From NCBI RefSeq assembly GCF_009914755.1, contig NC_060927.1: DNA of 64,000 bases; one strand, 5' to 3'. The notes beneath the pieces are model-generated. The model saw only the letters and a program-made list of their open reading frames with translations, ran no database searches and was not told where the DNA came from. This document shows, piece by piece, positions 1-16,225 of the stretch. Made by a program: the position numbers and the translations under genes. The number at the start of each line of letters is the position of its first letter. Within the stretch, counting starts at the first letter, position 1. Source of the stretch: the human T2T-CHM13v2.0 reference genome, Homo sapiens.

Positions 1-308
1 GTAAGTTCTTTAGTGGTGATTCATCAGATTTTGCTGCATCCATCACTTGAGCAGTATACACTGAACCCAATATGTAGCTTTTTATCCCTCGTCCTCTTCC
101 CACCCTTTCCCCGCTGAGTCCCCAAAGTCCAGCGTTATCATTCCTATGTCTTTGCATTCTCGTAGCTTGGCTCCCACTTATGAGTGAAAACATATGATGT
201 TTGGTTTTCCATTCCTGAGTTATATCACTTAGAATAATAGTATCCCATTCCATCCAGGTTGCTGTGAATGCCATTAGTTCATCCCTTTTTATGTCTGAGT
301 AGTATTCC

Positions 309-349
<41 letters not shown>

Positions 350-385
350 ACAGTTTCTTTATCCACGTGTTGATTTATGAGCATT
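1..385 (-). mobile_element. L1 (L1PB-like) 3' region, antisense, cut by the window edge; contains (TG)n at ~312-347
   Basis: Matches recalled L1PB 3' end antisense: gtccccaaagtcc...ctcccacttatgagtgaaaacatatgatgtttggttttccattcctgagtta...cacttagaataat. Confidence 0.9.
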
Positions 386-621
386 ACCTCGTTCTCCTTC
401 TTTTTATTTGAAGGGTGGAGTAGAGTTAGCCTGAGGTGCAGGTAGAGTCTCCTGACTGAAAGTTATAAATTGAATTCTACATATGACCCTAAATATATAC
501 TATAGGACTTTCACTATAATGCCCCCAATTTTGCAGGGCAATTTGCTACATCTGTCAAAATCCAGTGTGCATGTGCTTGATATAGCAAATCTGCTTAAAA
601 ACGTGCAGAAGAAATCTCTAG

Positions 622-1115
<494 letters not shown>

Positions 1116-1664
1116 GTGTTGAAGTGTTTTCTATGGAAGCTCATCTTTGAAAGGAGAGCTCTGTGTAAATGTTAGGTATTCTCATCCACAAAGTTATGGG
1201 TCTTCCTTATTTCTCATCTACTTTATTGGCTTCAATTAGTCACAGCACAGTAACTTAAAATGATTAATAACATGGAGGTCAGCTTAGGATTTCAGAAGAT
1301 GCTTTTCTTGGGAAGTAAACATAACGGATTGCTTATATATTACTCTTTTAGGTTATTTGTCAAAGAACACATTTGCCTTGGAAGGATGTTTGTTACAGCA
1401 TCTTTTCTTCTTTCTTTGACATGTTGCCTCTCTTGAGTCATTTCTTCACAAAAAGTCTCTTGTGGTTGCAACTGTTAGATGGAGCTTTGATAAAAATTGG
1501 TCTCAGAATCATCTGGAATATTTATATTGTCAAGTTTTTTCATATAAATTATTTTATGGCCTTAAGAGTGTTTTTTTCTCAAAGATACTACCCTGGCAGG
1601 GGGTCAGTTTACAGTTCAAAACTTTGTTTGCTGTTGAGCTTAATTGATTTAAAAATGTGCTTCT

Positions 1665-1765
1665 AGCCAGGTACAGTGGCATGTACCTGTAGTCCTAGCT
1701 GCTCAGGAGGCTGAGGTGGGAGGATCGCTTGAGCCCAGGAGTTCAAGACTAGCCTAGTGAGATCC
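1665..1765 (+). mobile_element. FLAM / free Alu monomer
   Basis: gccaggtacagtggcatgtacctgtagtcctagc...ggaggatcgcttgagcccaggagttcaagac; single arm only. Confidence 0.85.
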
Positions 1766-1783
1766 TTTTTCTTAAAAACATAA

Positions 1784-2114
<331 letters not shown>

Positions 2115-2569
2115 TCATCCTGGAAGTTTCCTAAGGCAAACATATTGGGAATCCAGCTCTCAGAAATTAGACAATTGAATTATATTTCATCTAGATTGCC
2201 CACCCAAGCTAGTGAAAGCTTGGGTTTTGATTTTGGTTGTGTTTAATAATTACAATCCTTTTGGCTGTGTTTTCTATCTGAAATTCAGCTAGATATAGAA
2301 ATAAAGTCCAAATATACCTAAGATTCAGCATCATAAATGTCAGGTTCATGGAAGGATTATTTATACTTGTATTGAGAATTATGCTGTCCAGTTTGGTAGT
2401 TTCCAGGTGTCTCATTGTGGCAGAGGCAGGCTGCCTTCCTTTGGTCGTTACTGTGCCTCAATTACCTCAATATTCTCTTGAGAGAAAAGGGCTTAGGTTA
2501 TTCCATTAGCCTCTGGTCAGCCCTTCCTGACTCTACTGTTACTTTCTCCTGCTCCAGCCTCCTTTGTAA

Positions 2570-2882
<313 letters not shown>

Positions 2883-3007
2883 CGTTCCTGCTATTTAAGT
2901 CCTTAATGGCCTGGCCTTGTTGGTAGTCTGAAGTGTCACATCAGTGGTTCTTAAACCAACCTTTTTATCAGGATCACTTTGGGCATATGTTAAAATATAC
3001 ACACGTG

Positions 3008-3407
<400 letters not shown>

Positions 3408-3779
3408 TTACAGCTATGTGTAGGAATCACTGGTAAGTCTTTACCTTCCTTGTCTCTTCTCTTTCCAAACCATTGTTCTTTGTTTAGGCCTTTGTTATAG
3501 AACATAGCCCTTTTCTGTTCATCCACTACCCTCTGACCTCTCTGATTCATGTACCCCTCACCTTCCTCATTGTTTTCTGAGTGTGTAGTACATAGTAAGT
3601 GCTTGAAAGTGGTTGAAGTAATGCAGTTTAAAGTTGTAACATTTTGAGGCCTGGTGTTGATCTACAAAGATGGTAGGCTCAGTTCCAAACAAGACACTAG
3701 CCTTTCCTGTCTCCTGGAGGCCAGCTTTACTTAGGGATAGTGATAATAAAATATAGCAGCTACTATTTACTATGCTCTT

Positions 3780-4599
<820 letters not shown>

Positions 4600-4995
4600 T
4601 GAATCCAGCTTTTTCATCTTTAGATCTTGACCTTTTGACAGTTACCCAGTAATATCTCCTAAAATGTGGGATACAGTAAAGTAACTGGAAGTTGAGTCAC
4701 AAGCAGGGCTCCTGTTTGCCCATGTCTTGCTGAATGTTCGGCATGCAGGGGGTACTAGACTATTAAAGGCTGAATACGGAGGTGCAGCCTGAATAGTACG
4801 TCATAGACAAGAGCGGATCAGCAGCATTGATTGAACAATAGCAAGGTTTTAGCCTGGATTTTTGTGTTTGAGGTGAAGGAAGGGGATGAGGAATGTCTGT
4901 ACACGTACACATGTACCATATTTTTCACTTGAGGGTGCTTTCACTGATCAATTTTGAGGGATTATTGAAAATAAGTGAAGACATTGAAACCAGAT

Positions 4996-5347
4996 GTATT
5001 AGTCCATTAGGGCAGCTATAACACCACAAACTGGGTGACTTAACAGAAATTTGCTTTCTTACAGTGCAGGAGGCTGCCAGTCAAATATCAGTGTATTGCA
5101 AGTTTGCTTTCTTCTGAGGCCTCTCCCCTTGGTTTGGAGATGGCCACCTTCTCTGTGTGTCTTCACATGGCCTTCCCTGTCTTTCTTCTTCCTCTTACAG
5201 GGACATCAGCCTTAATGGATCAGGCCCCCGACACTTTTGCCCACATTTAACCTTATTCACCCCTTTAAAAACCCTGTCTCCAAATACAGCCCTGTGAGGG
5301 CTTCAACATATGAATGTTGCAGGGGAGGCACAATTAAGTTCACAACA
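4996..5347 (-). mobile_element. MaLR solo LTR (MLT1A-like)
   Basis: TG...CA termini; tgtattagtccattagggcagctataaca...ttcaacatatgaat...cacaattaagttcacaaca. Confidence 0.85.
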
Positions 5348-7849
5348 CCGGGATGGTTAAACAACTGCCCTGAGATTTCAGATGGTGAATGGGAGGGAAC
5401 TGGGCCTAAAAGCTGGTTTCTAGGACAAGTGGTGAAGGTGCTCAGAATTATTGTCCTGAACTCAGTATGTGAGAAATAGTTAAATGGGGAAGGTTGTGCT
5501 GTTGGGTTATCTACCTGAAATCAGTTGAAGAATCGTTTTTGGTTTCAAATAATTAACCCTAGAAGTTGGGCCTGACTGGAGACTTAGGCCACCAAAACTA
5601 GACAGGTTTATATAGTTTCTTTTCCCTTTGAAAGGTCCCTTTTGGATTTAGTTTCAAAATAAGATGGCCAAATTTAACCTCCCTGAAGTTTCATCATACC
5701 TTCAAGTTTTTCATGTGTGTGAATGGACAGAGTGCCCACAATGTGATATTTTGGCCCCACATGGTGATTAAAATCAGGCTTTTCCTTTAAAACTCTTCAA
5801 CAGTTTATGGCTGGGCATCCCTTAAATAAAAACAGTCTGTTAAATAAGTGATGGTATAAATCTGCTTGTATTTGGACCTTTTGAACGAAATACCAGAATG
5901 ACTTTTTAAAAATAGTTGACTAAGTTTTATTTCAATAACACTGTAATGTTCCATATCAAATGACTGGTCAAAAAGTGACATATTGGGTATTCTTACCACT
6001 CTCCCTGAGCTTTTTCTTCTTCATTTGCTTTCTCTTGCTAAAACTGTCATTTGGAATTAGTTCTTGTCTTATGTTTCTGTAAATAAAATTGATAGCATGT
6101 TATTAGTGTCTTTGTTTCCAGAATTCTGAGAGTTTGCATTTTAAAAGGAGCTATATAAAATCTAAGCTTTTCATGCTTAATAGGCTAGTCTTTAAGTGAA
6201 CAATAGTGTGAAGTTAGCACATATTAATTAAAATGTCTGCAAAACCAAAGCTTTATGAATTCAATAAGCATTGAGAGGAGTTTTCAGGTCTCTGATTTAT
6301 GTGTTCCTACCAGAAAAATTTTAATATTGTAAGCAAATCTAAAACCAACAAGGCATATATCCTTTAAGATAATAGATAAACTTTCAATTAGGGGCTTTAA
6401 AGAAAGTAACATCACTGAGAAAAGAAATTTCACAGAAAATTACTTTTATTGGAGGCAGGAAAAGCTTATTTAATGTGTTAAATATATTTAAATAGCTCTT
6501 AAGTTGATTACACCTGAAAAATATTTACTGTTCGGTAGATTAGAGTTTGGCCTCTGTAGAATGAATCTTATTTTAGATGCACAGAATGTAGTAGACACAA
6601 GAGACTATTCTATGATACTGTTCTGTTTCTTTAAAAATATGTCCAGCTGCTCCTGGAAGCCCCAGATCAACAAGGAAGATAAATGCAAAAACAAACTAAA
6701 GTAAAATAGTTAATATTCTTCAGCTGCTAGAAGGCTGGAATTTCTGGGAAGGACCAGCTCCAAGAGCCACAGCTTAAAACATTTTAAACTAACCTTGTCA
6801 GAGTTGGGACTTGAACTGAAAAGATAGGAATTTGCTTTAAAATAGACCTATATAGCAACAGTACTTTCGTATTTGAAAAAAATGCCTGTAAAATATTTTT
6901 AATGAAGTCTATTTTAAGGTTATAGAGCTAACACATGTTCCATATAGAGAATTTGGAAAATAAACATTTAGAGAAATAAAATCGCAATTAATTACATTAG
7001 GGAAAAAGAATTGCTTTGGACATTTTCTGAATTTTCTTTCTGTACCATACCTGCTTCCCTCACCTCTCAACTCTCACCCCCTTCCCCCTCGTTGCCTACA
7101 CAGCATTTTTTGTCGTTATAAAGCTCACACCCTTCAATGCATTTGGTATTTATTTTGTAATCCTAATGCATCTTAGAGTTGTGTGTATTTTATGTGGTAC
7201 TATTTCTTTTTCCTCCAAAAAAGCTGCTATTAAAATGACTGCGTATTTCAGAATTCATGGAGTCTTGGAATTTAGAGAATATAGCACACATATATTTATG
7301 TATACACTTATAGTTTATATGCACATATATATTTAGATGTGTGCCTGCATTTTCCCCTTGATATTATATCATAAACATTTCCTGGTAGTATTAGGGTCTA
7401 GGCACTTGTAATGTCTAAATCATATTAATTTATGTGATTGTGACTTTATTGATATGATTTTGCTTCAGTCACTTAGGTTGCTTTTAGTTTTTTGACTAAG
7501 TGTAGTTAACATTCTTAAGAATATTTTTTGCTAGTTTTCTGTCTGAATATCCAGGACCCATTTCGATCTGTATTCTTTAGTTACTAAATCTTTAAAATTT
7601 AAAATATTAGGGTTTTTAAGCCCATATAATTCAAGAAGTAAATGCTTTATATGTTGAATTATGATTTGGGCAAATGCATCTTATTGTTTTAGGGCAAAAA
7701 ACTTAAGCTTTCTTCTATTAAAGTGATTTAATAAGCACTTTGTAAGTGTGTAATGAGGATGATTTGGGTTTTATTACAAATGATGTCAGTGTGAATTGTG
7801 TAATGATTTCTTGCTTTGGTCATACTAATTTAAGCTCTAGGAATAAATA

Positions 7850-8015
7850 TTCTTTTATCAAAGAATCATTGATGACTGGGCACTCTGTGGGTGGGTACAT
7901 GGGACAGAGAATATATTTTTACCTTTGGAGTTTATATTGGGGGAGGGACAGGTCATGTGGAGACAAACAATGCACAAGTAAACAAATATATAGGATACAG
8001 AAAATTTCAGATGGA
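7850..8015 (-). mobile_element. L2 fragment
   Basis: tggagtttatatt...gagacaaacaat...aagtaaacaaata...aatttcagatgg, typical of antisense L2 3' sequence. Confidence 0.6.
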
Positions 8016-8016
8016 G

Positions 8017-8429
<413 letters not shown>

Positions 8430-9033
8430 TAGAAGTTTACGCCAAAAATGTTAAAGAGATGTTTTATATATACTTGACACAGTCATATTATAGTGAGCAG
8501 GAAAGAACCTTTCTATTTAATATTTGTTCTCCCAGGTCATGTGTTTGCTGAAAAGCCATCAGTTAAAGCGAGGCGGCCAGGTGCACTCTCTAGGTGGAGA
8601 AATTAAGAGCCTGTTGCTCTCTTTACAGTGATTTTAGTTTTGTGAGGTTTCTTGTTTCTTTTAAAAGAAAGAGAAAAAAATATCTTTGTCCTGTAGGTAT
8701 AAAGTCATTATCCAGACTAATGGGGCATTGAACTAACAGGAGGTACAAAGTGGACTCTTTTCAAACCTTTTTATTGAATCCGTTTCACTGTCAGGTCAAA
8801 CAAGATGTGATTAAACTTAGCCCTCGTCCACCACCACCCCCACCTTACCCCTCTGCCCTTAAGAAATGTTTTCATGCTTAGGAAATGGCACCACAAAAGA
8901 ACAGTCATGTGCTTCTGTCCACTGGCAATTTACCAAGTGAAATAAGCTGAAAGTAAGAGAAAAAGAGAGTACTACTGTGGAATAGTAAAGCTGCTTGAGA
9001 AAGATGTGTAAATACAGGACGATAAAGGAATGT

Positions 9034-9063
9034 GCCAGGGCGACAGAGCGAGACTCCATCTCA

Positions 9064-9094
<31 letters not shown>

Positions 9095-9100
9095 CAAAAC
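9034..9100 (+). mobile_element. Orphan Alu 3' tip (~30 nt) plus (CAAAA)n tail
   Basis: gccagggcgacagagcgagactccatctcaaaaacaaaaac...; no TSD seen. Confidence 0.9.
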
Positions 9101-9964
9101 AGACTTTTTGTACCAGAGCTCTAAGAGTTAAAAATTTCAGGCAAATTACCCATAAAAATCCCGATGGTGGAAGGGTGGAACAAGAGAACTTGGGTCACCA
9201 CACAACTCTATGACAGTCATTGTAGATGGTATGCACAGAGTTTGTTGTGACACAGCAACCCTGATAAGTATACAAGAAATGAAAGCCTTAGCTAAATGTT
9301 TCTTTATAGGATTGCAATTTCTAGTTTTATTTAATAAACACAGTTATAAGAACCAATGCAGCACTGAACAGGACAAGAGATAAATGAGCCTGTCTCTGAG
9401 TATGCATCACACCCTATACCATGTTTAGTTCAGAACAGCCAAGGTTAGCAACCTCCTCCTTCAAATATCACAATTCTATGTGCATCCATCACTCAGCAGC
9501 AATAACGTTTCTTATTGCTTCTAAAGGCAATGCCATACACTTGGAAAGCTGTAATTTCACTGCAACACATACATGCACACTACACACAAACACATTTATA
9601 TGCTCTCTCGCCAGTCTGGTGAGCAGCAATCCTTGACTCAAGTCTTCAGTCTGCACCTTCGAAAGTACCAGAAATGTCCCTTTAGGAAGACAGTTCAGAT
9701 TTACTTTCATTACATGTTCCCCTCCTTGTATTCCAGGGCAAGAGAGGAAAGATAATAGAAAAGATATTGAAGGCCCACATTAAATCAACCCAACTTACAT
9801 TTAGTATGTGCAGTACACATTTAAATTATGCTGTAACAGAGATTTCTACTGCTACAACACAACTTGTTTCCTTTTTTCTGGATGACACAGATAAAGTGAA
9901 TTTTTCAAACCCTCTCAGGGCAATGTATGTGTGGCAAAAAAAAAAAAAAAAAAAGAAAAAGAAA

Positions 9965-10212
9965 AAGCCAATGGAAAGTGGCAGAGTAATATTTACTACT
10001 TCTAGGCCTGACCCATAAAATGTTCCCAGTTAGATGGGGATGGCAGAGCTACAAGACAGAAGGAGACTTGGTCCCTGAATGACAACCTGGAGGGGAGCAT
10101 ACTGACTCACCATACCTGTGCTACTAACTTTGCATAAGTTAAGAACAAACTTTTATTCTGTTGAACCACTGAGATTTGAGAGCCTATTACGGCCACCATC
10201 ATTATTAATACA
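9965..10212 (+). mobile_element. MaLR LTR fragment (MLT1J-like)
   Basis: gatggcagagctacaagacagaaggagacttggtccctgaatgac...aaacttttattctgttgaaccactgagattt. Confidence 0.7.
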
Positions 10213-10334
10213 TGCCCAAGCCACTGCAAATCAAATGGAAATCCAAATTATATTTCATGAAATGTCTGGTATCTCTCTTACAGCTCTGTTGCTCTAGCCT
10301 GATTTATACTACTTCCCACTTCATAGAAGAAGTT

Positions 10335-10720
10335 TTTTATCTCTCAGTTTCATATTGATTCATTCTGCAAAGAAAATCCAGTTTTACCGAATGTCAATTT
10401 AAATTTTGATAAGCCACAATCCCACCAATATTTGAAAATGGCCAAGTTAATCTATAGCCCATCTGAAGCAAGAACCATCAGAAATAACTTGAAAAAACAA
10501 AACAAACAAAATCAAGGGTTTATACTGTAAGAAAAAGCATAGAATAAAGTTGGTATTTAAAACAGTGTGGTACTGCCAATATAGATTATTATATTGTATA
10601 TATACACACACATGTATATCACACACATACATACACACGGATCATAGAAACAGACCCATGTACAAATAAAAAATAAGAGATATAAATGAATACAATGTAA
10701 GATAGTATCTATCTTCAGGG
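10335..10720 (+). mobile_element. Old L1M ORF2 relic, sense orientation
   Basis: aatgtcaatt...caatccc...ttgaaaaaacaaaacaaa...taaaacagtgtggtactg...agaaacagacccat follows the order of L1 ORF2. Confidence 0.65.
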
Positions 10721-11154
10721 AGTATCCTGAGACAATTCAAGGTGGGCAAAATGAAACATTCATTGAAAAGTTTTGGTGAAGAAGAAGTTAAAATGATGAC
10801 TTAGGGTTGTATGTCAGATATTTTAATAATGTTGGCAGTTCCTAGATTCTACAGTCTTTCTCAAAACTAAGAGGTTTATCCCTAAGGCAATTTTCTTCTC
10901 TTTTTTTACTACCAAAAATGTTTATTCTATCGGCAGGTTTCCAGTGACTAGAAAAATTTCCTTCTTTACAACTCTGAAATCGTAGCTCAAATCATTTTCT
11001 AACAGAGTGAAAGTAAAAACATTATTAGTTGATGTCAGCACCAGCAGAAAATCTCTTAAAACTGGACATTTCTTTAAAAAAAAAAACAAAAAACCCAGTT
11101 TTCCAAGTCACCAATTCCATGCACTTAAAATGCTGCAAATTTCAGGTGAAGTAA

Positions 11155-11513
<359 letters not shown>

Positions 11514-11573
11514 GAAAAAAAGTCTGTTTTTATATTTGTATTGCAAGTTGACACTACTGATGAAATGGCGTAT

Positions 11574-12088
11574 TAGCCTTGCTAGATAAAATACAGGATG
11601 CCCACTTAAATTTGAATTTTATCTGAATTTGAGATAAATGACAAATAATTTTTTAGGATAAGTAAATCCCATTCAATATTTGTGACATACTTATCCTAAA
11701 AGTTATTTGTCCTGTATCAGAAATTCAAATTTAAGTGGGCATCTGTTTTTGTTGTTGTTGTTACTGTGTTTTTAAGAGGGAGAGTCTCGCCCTGTCACTC
11801 AGGCTGGAGTACAGTCATGTGATCATAGCTTAGTGTAGCCTTGAACTCATGGGCTCAAGTAATCCTCCCAAGTTGATGGGACTATAGGTGTACGCCGCCA
11901 CATCTGGCTTTTTTTTTTTTTCCCCCTGTTTGGTAGAGATGCGTATCTTGCTATATTGAACAGGGTGGTCTCGAACTCCTGGCCTCAAGCAGTCCTACCG
12001 CCTTGGTCTCCTAAAGTGCTGGGATTACAGGCATGAGCCACCACACCTGGCCAGCATCTGTATATTATTTGCTAAATCTGGCAACCCT
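11574..12088. mobile_element. MER53 palindromic hAT MITE (11574-11745 and 12054-12088), split by an AluJ
   Basis: agataaaatacaggatgccc...aaatttgaattt...aaattcaaattt...gggcatc and terminal gctaaatctggcaaccct. Confidence 0.9.
11746..12053 (-). mobile_element. AluJ inserted into MER53
   Basis: J-type gatcatagct...gggctcaag; TSD gcatctgt on both sides. Confidence 0.95.
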
Positions 12089-12380
12089 AGTTTCTAGAAC
12101 AATTTCATCAGACTTTAAAGGGACATTGAATGGTTAGATAGTAATAGGGATACCTACATCAAATAACTGGCAATAGTTGAAAGGTTTTTTAACTATATAA
12201 ACTAGGGCAAGGCTATATCTGCCTTATTTGTTGTTTCTAATCTTATTACAGTGCTTGGCACATACGTGCTAAATATTCAGTTCTTACGTGGTTGTTTATC
12301 AATAAAGGGAAAATTGATTCATTCATTTTGTCATTCTCTTTCTTTTGGGTTTGTCACACTTTCCCCAGCAACCTACCTTA

Positions 12381-12524
12381 AGCATTTTATGAGTGGAGTT
12401 GTTTCATGTTCTTCTTTTGTGTTTTTAAAGTATTAGTGATTTAAAAGGCACCTGCCAAATACCTGGTAGGTGCTTGGTGAATGAACTGTCAAGGTTTTTA
12501 ATGGGTGCAGAAAACTGAGGGAGG
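12381..12524 (+). repeat. Copy 1 of a ~144-bp local direct duplication
   Basis: agcattttatgagtggag...actgagggagg aligns with 13080-13223. Confidence 0.95.
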
Positions 12525-13079
12525 TGATGGGAGAGCAGCTTGTGGTTACCGTGTTGAAATTTAACAAATAATTTTAGGTTATAGATGAGGACAAATAACT
12601 TAACAGTGAGGACAATTAAACCGTGGGGTGGCCTCTTGAGGCAAACAGCAGAGACTGTTGCTTTAGGCAGCCAAAGGCAAATGTTTCCACTGGGAAGATG
12701 TCTATTGATCCTATTATCCCGGGACTTGAAATAACATTTCCATTTTCCCCTTGAAAACCCATGATGCTGTTTTTAAAATCACATACTTCATCCTTAAACT
12801 CTCATGCAAAGCTATTACTTGAGTTAAACCTCTCACCAGAAATGTCTTCAAGGAGTATTCTCTCTGTAAAGGTGTATATTGTGGAAGATGAAAAAAGGAA
12901 GCTCTCTTTGGTTCTCTGTTACACGGGGTGGCTGCTTTGCAAGGTGAATCACTTCGGAGACTGTGAAATATTTCATGTCTTATAATGTATTTTCCATTAT
13001 TTTTGGTCCATAAGCATGTATATTAATAAGTTGTACGAAATCAAATGTCAGAGGTTCAGGGAGACAGTTTTGAAATCCC

Positions 13080-13223
13080 AGCATTTTGTGAGTGGAGGTT
13101 GTTTCATATTCTTTTGTGTTTTTAAAGTATTAGTGATTTAAAAGGCACCTGCCAAATACCTGATAGGTGCTTGGTGAAATGAACTGTCAAGGTTTTTTAG
13201 TGGGTGCAGAAGACTGAGGGAGG
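13080..13223 (+). repeat. Copy 2 of the ~144-bp local direct duplication
   Basis: 5 substitutions and 3 small indels relative to copy 1 (manual alignment). Confidence 0.95.
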
Positions 13224-13234
13224 GTCCCAGTTTG

Positions 13235-13425
13235 GGATGTGAATTTGGGTTCCAGATGTAACATTAATTTGCGCTGTCACCTTGAGCAAAGTGCTTAACC
13301 TTTGAAAGCCTCAGCTTGCTCATCCATTAAATAGGGATAATAATAGTAATTATTGTGAAGATTAAAGAAGATCTGCCTAAAGCACTCACTACGGTGTCTA
13401 ATCTCTGATAAATGCTCGAAATATT
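13235..13425 (+). mobile_element. MIR
   Basis: accttgagcaaagtgcttaacc...gcctcagcttgctcatc...ggataataatagta...gtgaagattaaa. Confidence 0.8.
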
Positions 13426-13669
13426 TGATTTGCTGTATTTTATTATTTATACCTGTAATTTAAAAGAGACAATTATTGTTACATTGTTAAGGCTTAAAGC
13501 TACAATAGCAAGTAATTAATTCGTACAATAGCAATTAATATCCGAGTGATGAATTGTCTTCCTATAAGAAGCAGCTAGGAATGTAGTCATCCATGTGACG
13601 GTTGCAGGTCCTAGGGTGGTTTCTTATTTAAATTGTAAAGGAAACAGCCACTGGGGCAGCTCAAGAAAC

Positions 13670-13855
13670 AGGCTTCAGAGTCAAAAAAAACACCCATCTG
13701 GATTCCCTTCCTGACTCTGAGGCTCATTGACCTTGAATAAAGTACCTTATTTACCTTCTCTGAACTTGGGCTTCCTCCTTGGGTAACTGGTGGCACCAGT
13801 GCCTTCTATGCATAGAGCTTGCCACAGTACCTAGAACACAGCAAGCTCTTGGTAA
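13670..13855 (+). mobile_element. MIR fragment
   Basis: cagagtca...ctggattcc...tgaccttgaataaagt...ccttctctgaacttgggcttcctc. Confidence 0.6.
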
Positions 13856-13887
13856 AAGCACAGTGAAAGAGAGACAATATTTTTATT

Positions 13888-14863
<976 letters not shown>

Positions 14864-16034
14864 CCTCCCTCCTTCGGGGATTCCAGGTTGCTCATTGCTC
14901 CAAAAACTCAAGCCAAGAAGATAGAAGAGGTTCAAATGATTGTATGAAGCATGTTCTTTGTCTGGAAATCCAGAACAAAACAAATAAATGATCTTTGAAA
15001 AAAAAAATCTCTGCCTTAAAGTTGGGCTGGTCAACATGTCCAGATATTCACAGAGACTTCCTGTTCTGGAAGAGATGCAGACAGAGGCTTAAGACAGCCT
15101 TCTGTCCTGTGACGGACGAATTTCTGATTCTGCTTCCACTGTTAAACTCTTACATAATTGCATTCTATATAGAGAGCTTCCCTTTGGATCCAGCTTGCTT
15201 TTCCCCTTGTCTTCTTCCTCAGACTTTATGAAAGTATTTGCAGAGACGCCTTGTCCCCTGCCATGAGCTGTAAATACTTATGCAGATGAAGGGTTTGTTA
15301 CTCTAGTTGATGAGTGTTAGGGAACCTGGAGCCTTTCCTGGTTTTGAGCTGTGGCTGAGGACGTAGGCAATTCTCATGCACACTTTGCATTGGCTGAAGT
15401 GCATGTCCTGGAGTGCCTCATGCTACAGGACTGGCAGTGAAAAGCCTCTTAGGCTTGGGGTAGAGGTGAAAACCTCCCTCCATGTTTGCACTCTCTCTCG
15501 CCATGCCCCCACCTTCACGCGTGGTTGTGACTGCTGGGTGGGGCTGAAGTCACAGCCTTGCTGCAGTCTTTGCCCTAGGCAGGCTCTGTATGATCTTTGG
15601 TCAAGGGAAAGCACTTTGTGTGCCTGACCTCTGAGCAGCCCATTTTGGCCCTGAAATCCTCTGTTGGCAAACTTCACATTCAGTGAGTCAGAATTAAAGG
15701 AAAATGCTGAAGGAACATTTGCATTTTTTATCTTTTCCAAGTTAAGGCTGTTCTTTTCCAAAGTGGAGTTATACTTTAGAGTATCTTAATATATCTTATA
15801 GCAACTCATCAGGTCTTGCAAATGTATTTTATCTTTTCATATTAGAATTATTTCAGACTATTTTTATTCATTATGCGTTTTGTTAAACCAGGTTGTTCCT
15901 ATAATGAACATGGAATATAAAGACTTGCTCTTCCCTAAATTGCTCAGTATACTATATCTTGAGTCGTCTTTATGCTCAATCTAATGCTTTATTAAAGGAG
16001 AAGACACACCTACACACATGTATACATGTGTAAA

Positions 16035-16225
16035 ATACCTGTACTGTGCTCCTACTATGTGTCAGGCACTCTGCCAAGCACAATGCACTTGTTTTATTCC
16101 TTACAATAAATCTCATAAAGAGGCAGGTAATTCAATTCATCTTCACATTATAGTTGAGGAAACTGAAGTTCAGGGAAGTCAGGCCATCTGGCTGGAGAAC
16201 AGTTTGATATCACAGCAAAAGTTCC
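16035..16225 (-). mobile_element. MIR
   Basis: cctactatgtgtcaggcact...tagttgaggaaactgaagttcag. Confidence 0.75.

Noticed and set aside
10447-10638. 63-aa minus-strand ORF as a stand-alone CDS
   Set aside because: It starts in a TG/TA-rich simple repeat within an antisense L1M relic and matches no protein I recognise; only the splice and poly(A) signals are kept as a speculative finding
12381-13223. Direct repeats read as the LTRs of a mini-retroelement
   Set aside because: No TG...CA termini, primer-binding site, polypurine tract or TSD; kept only as a local duplication
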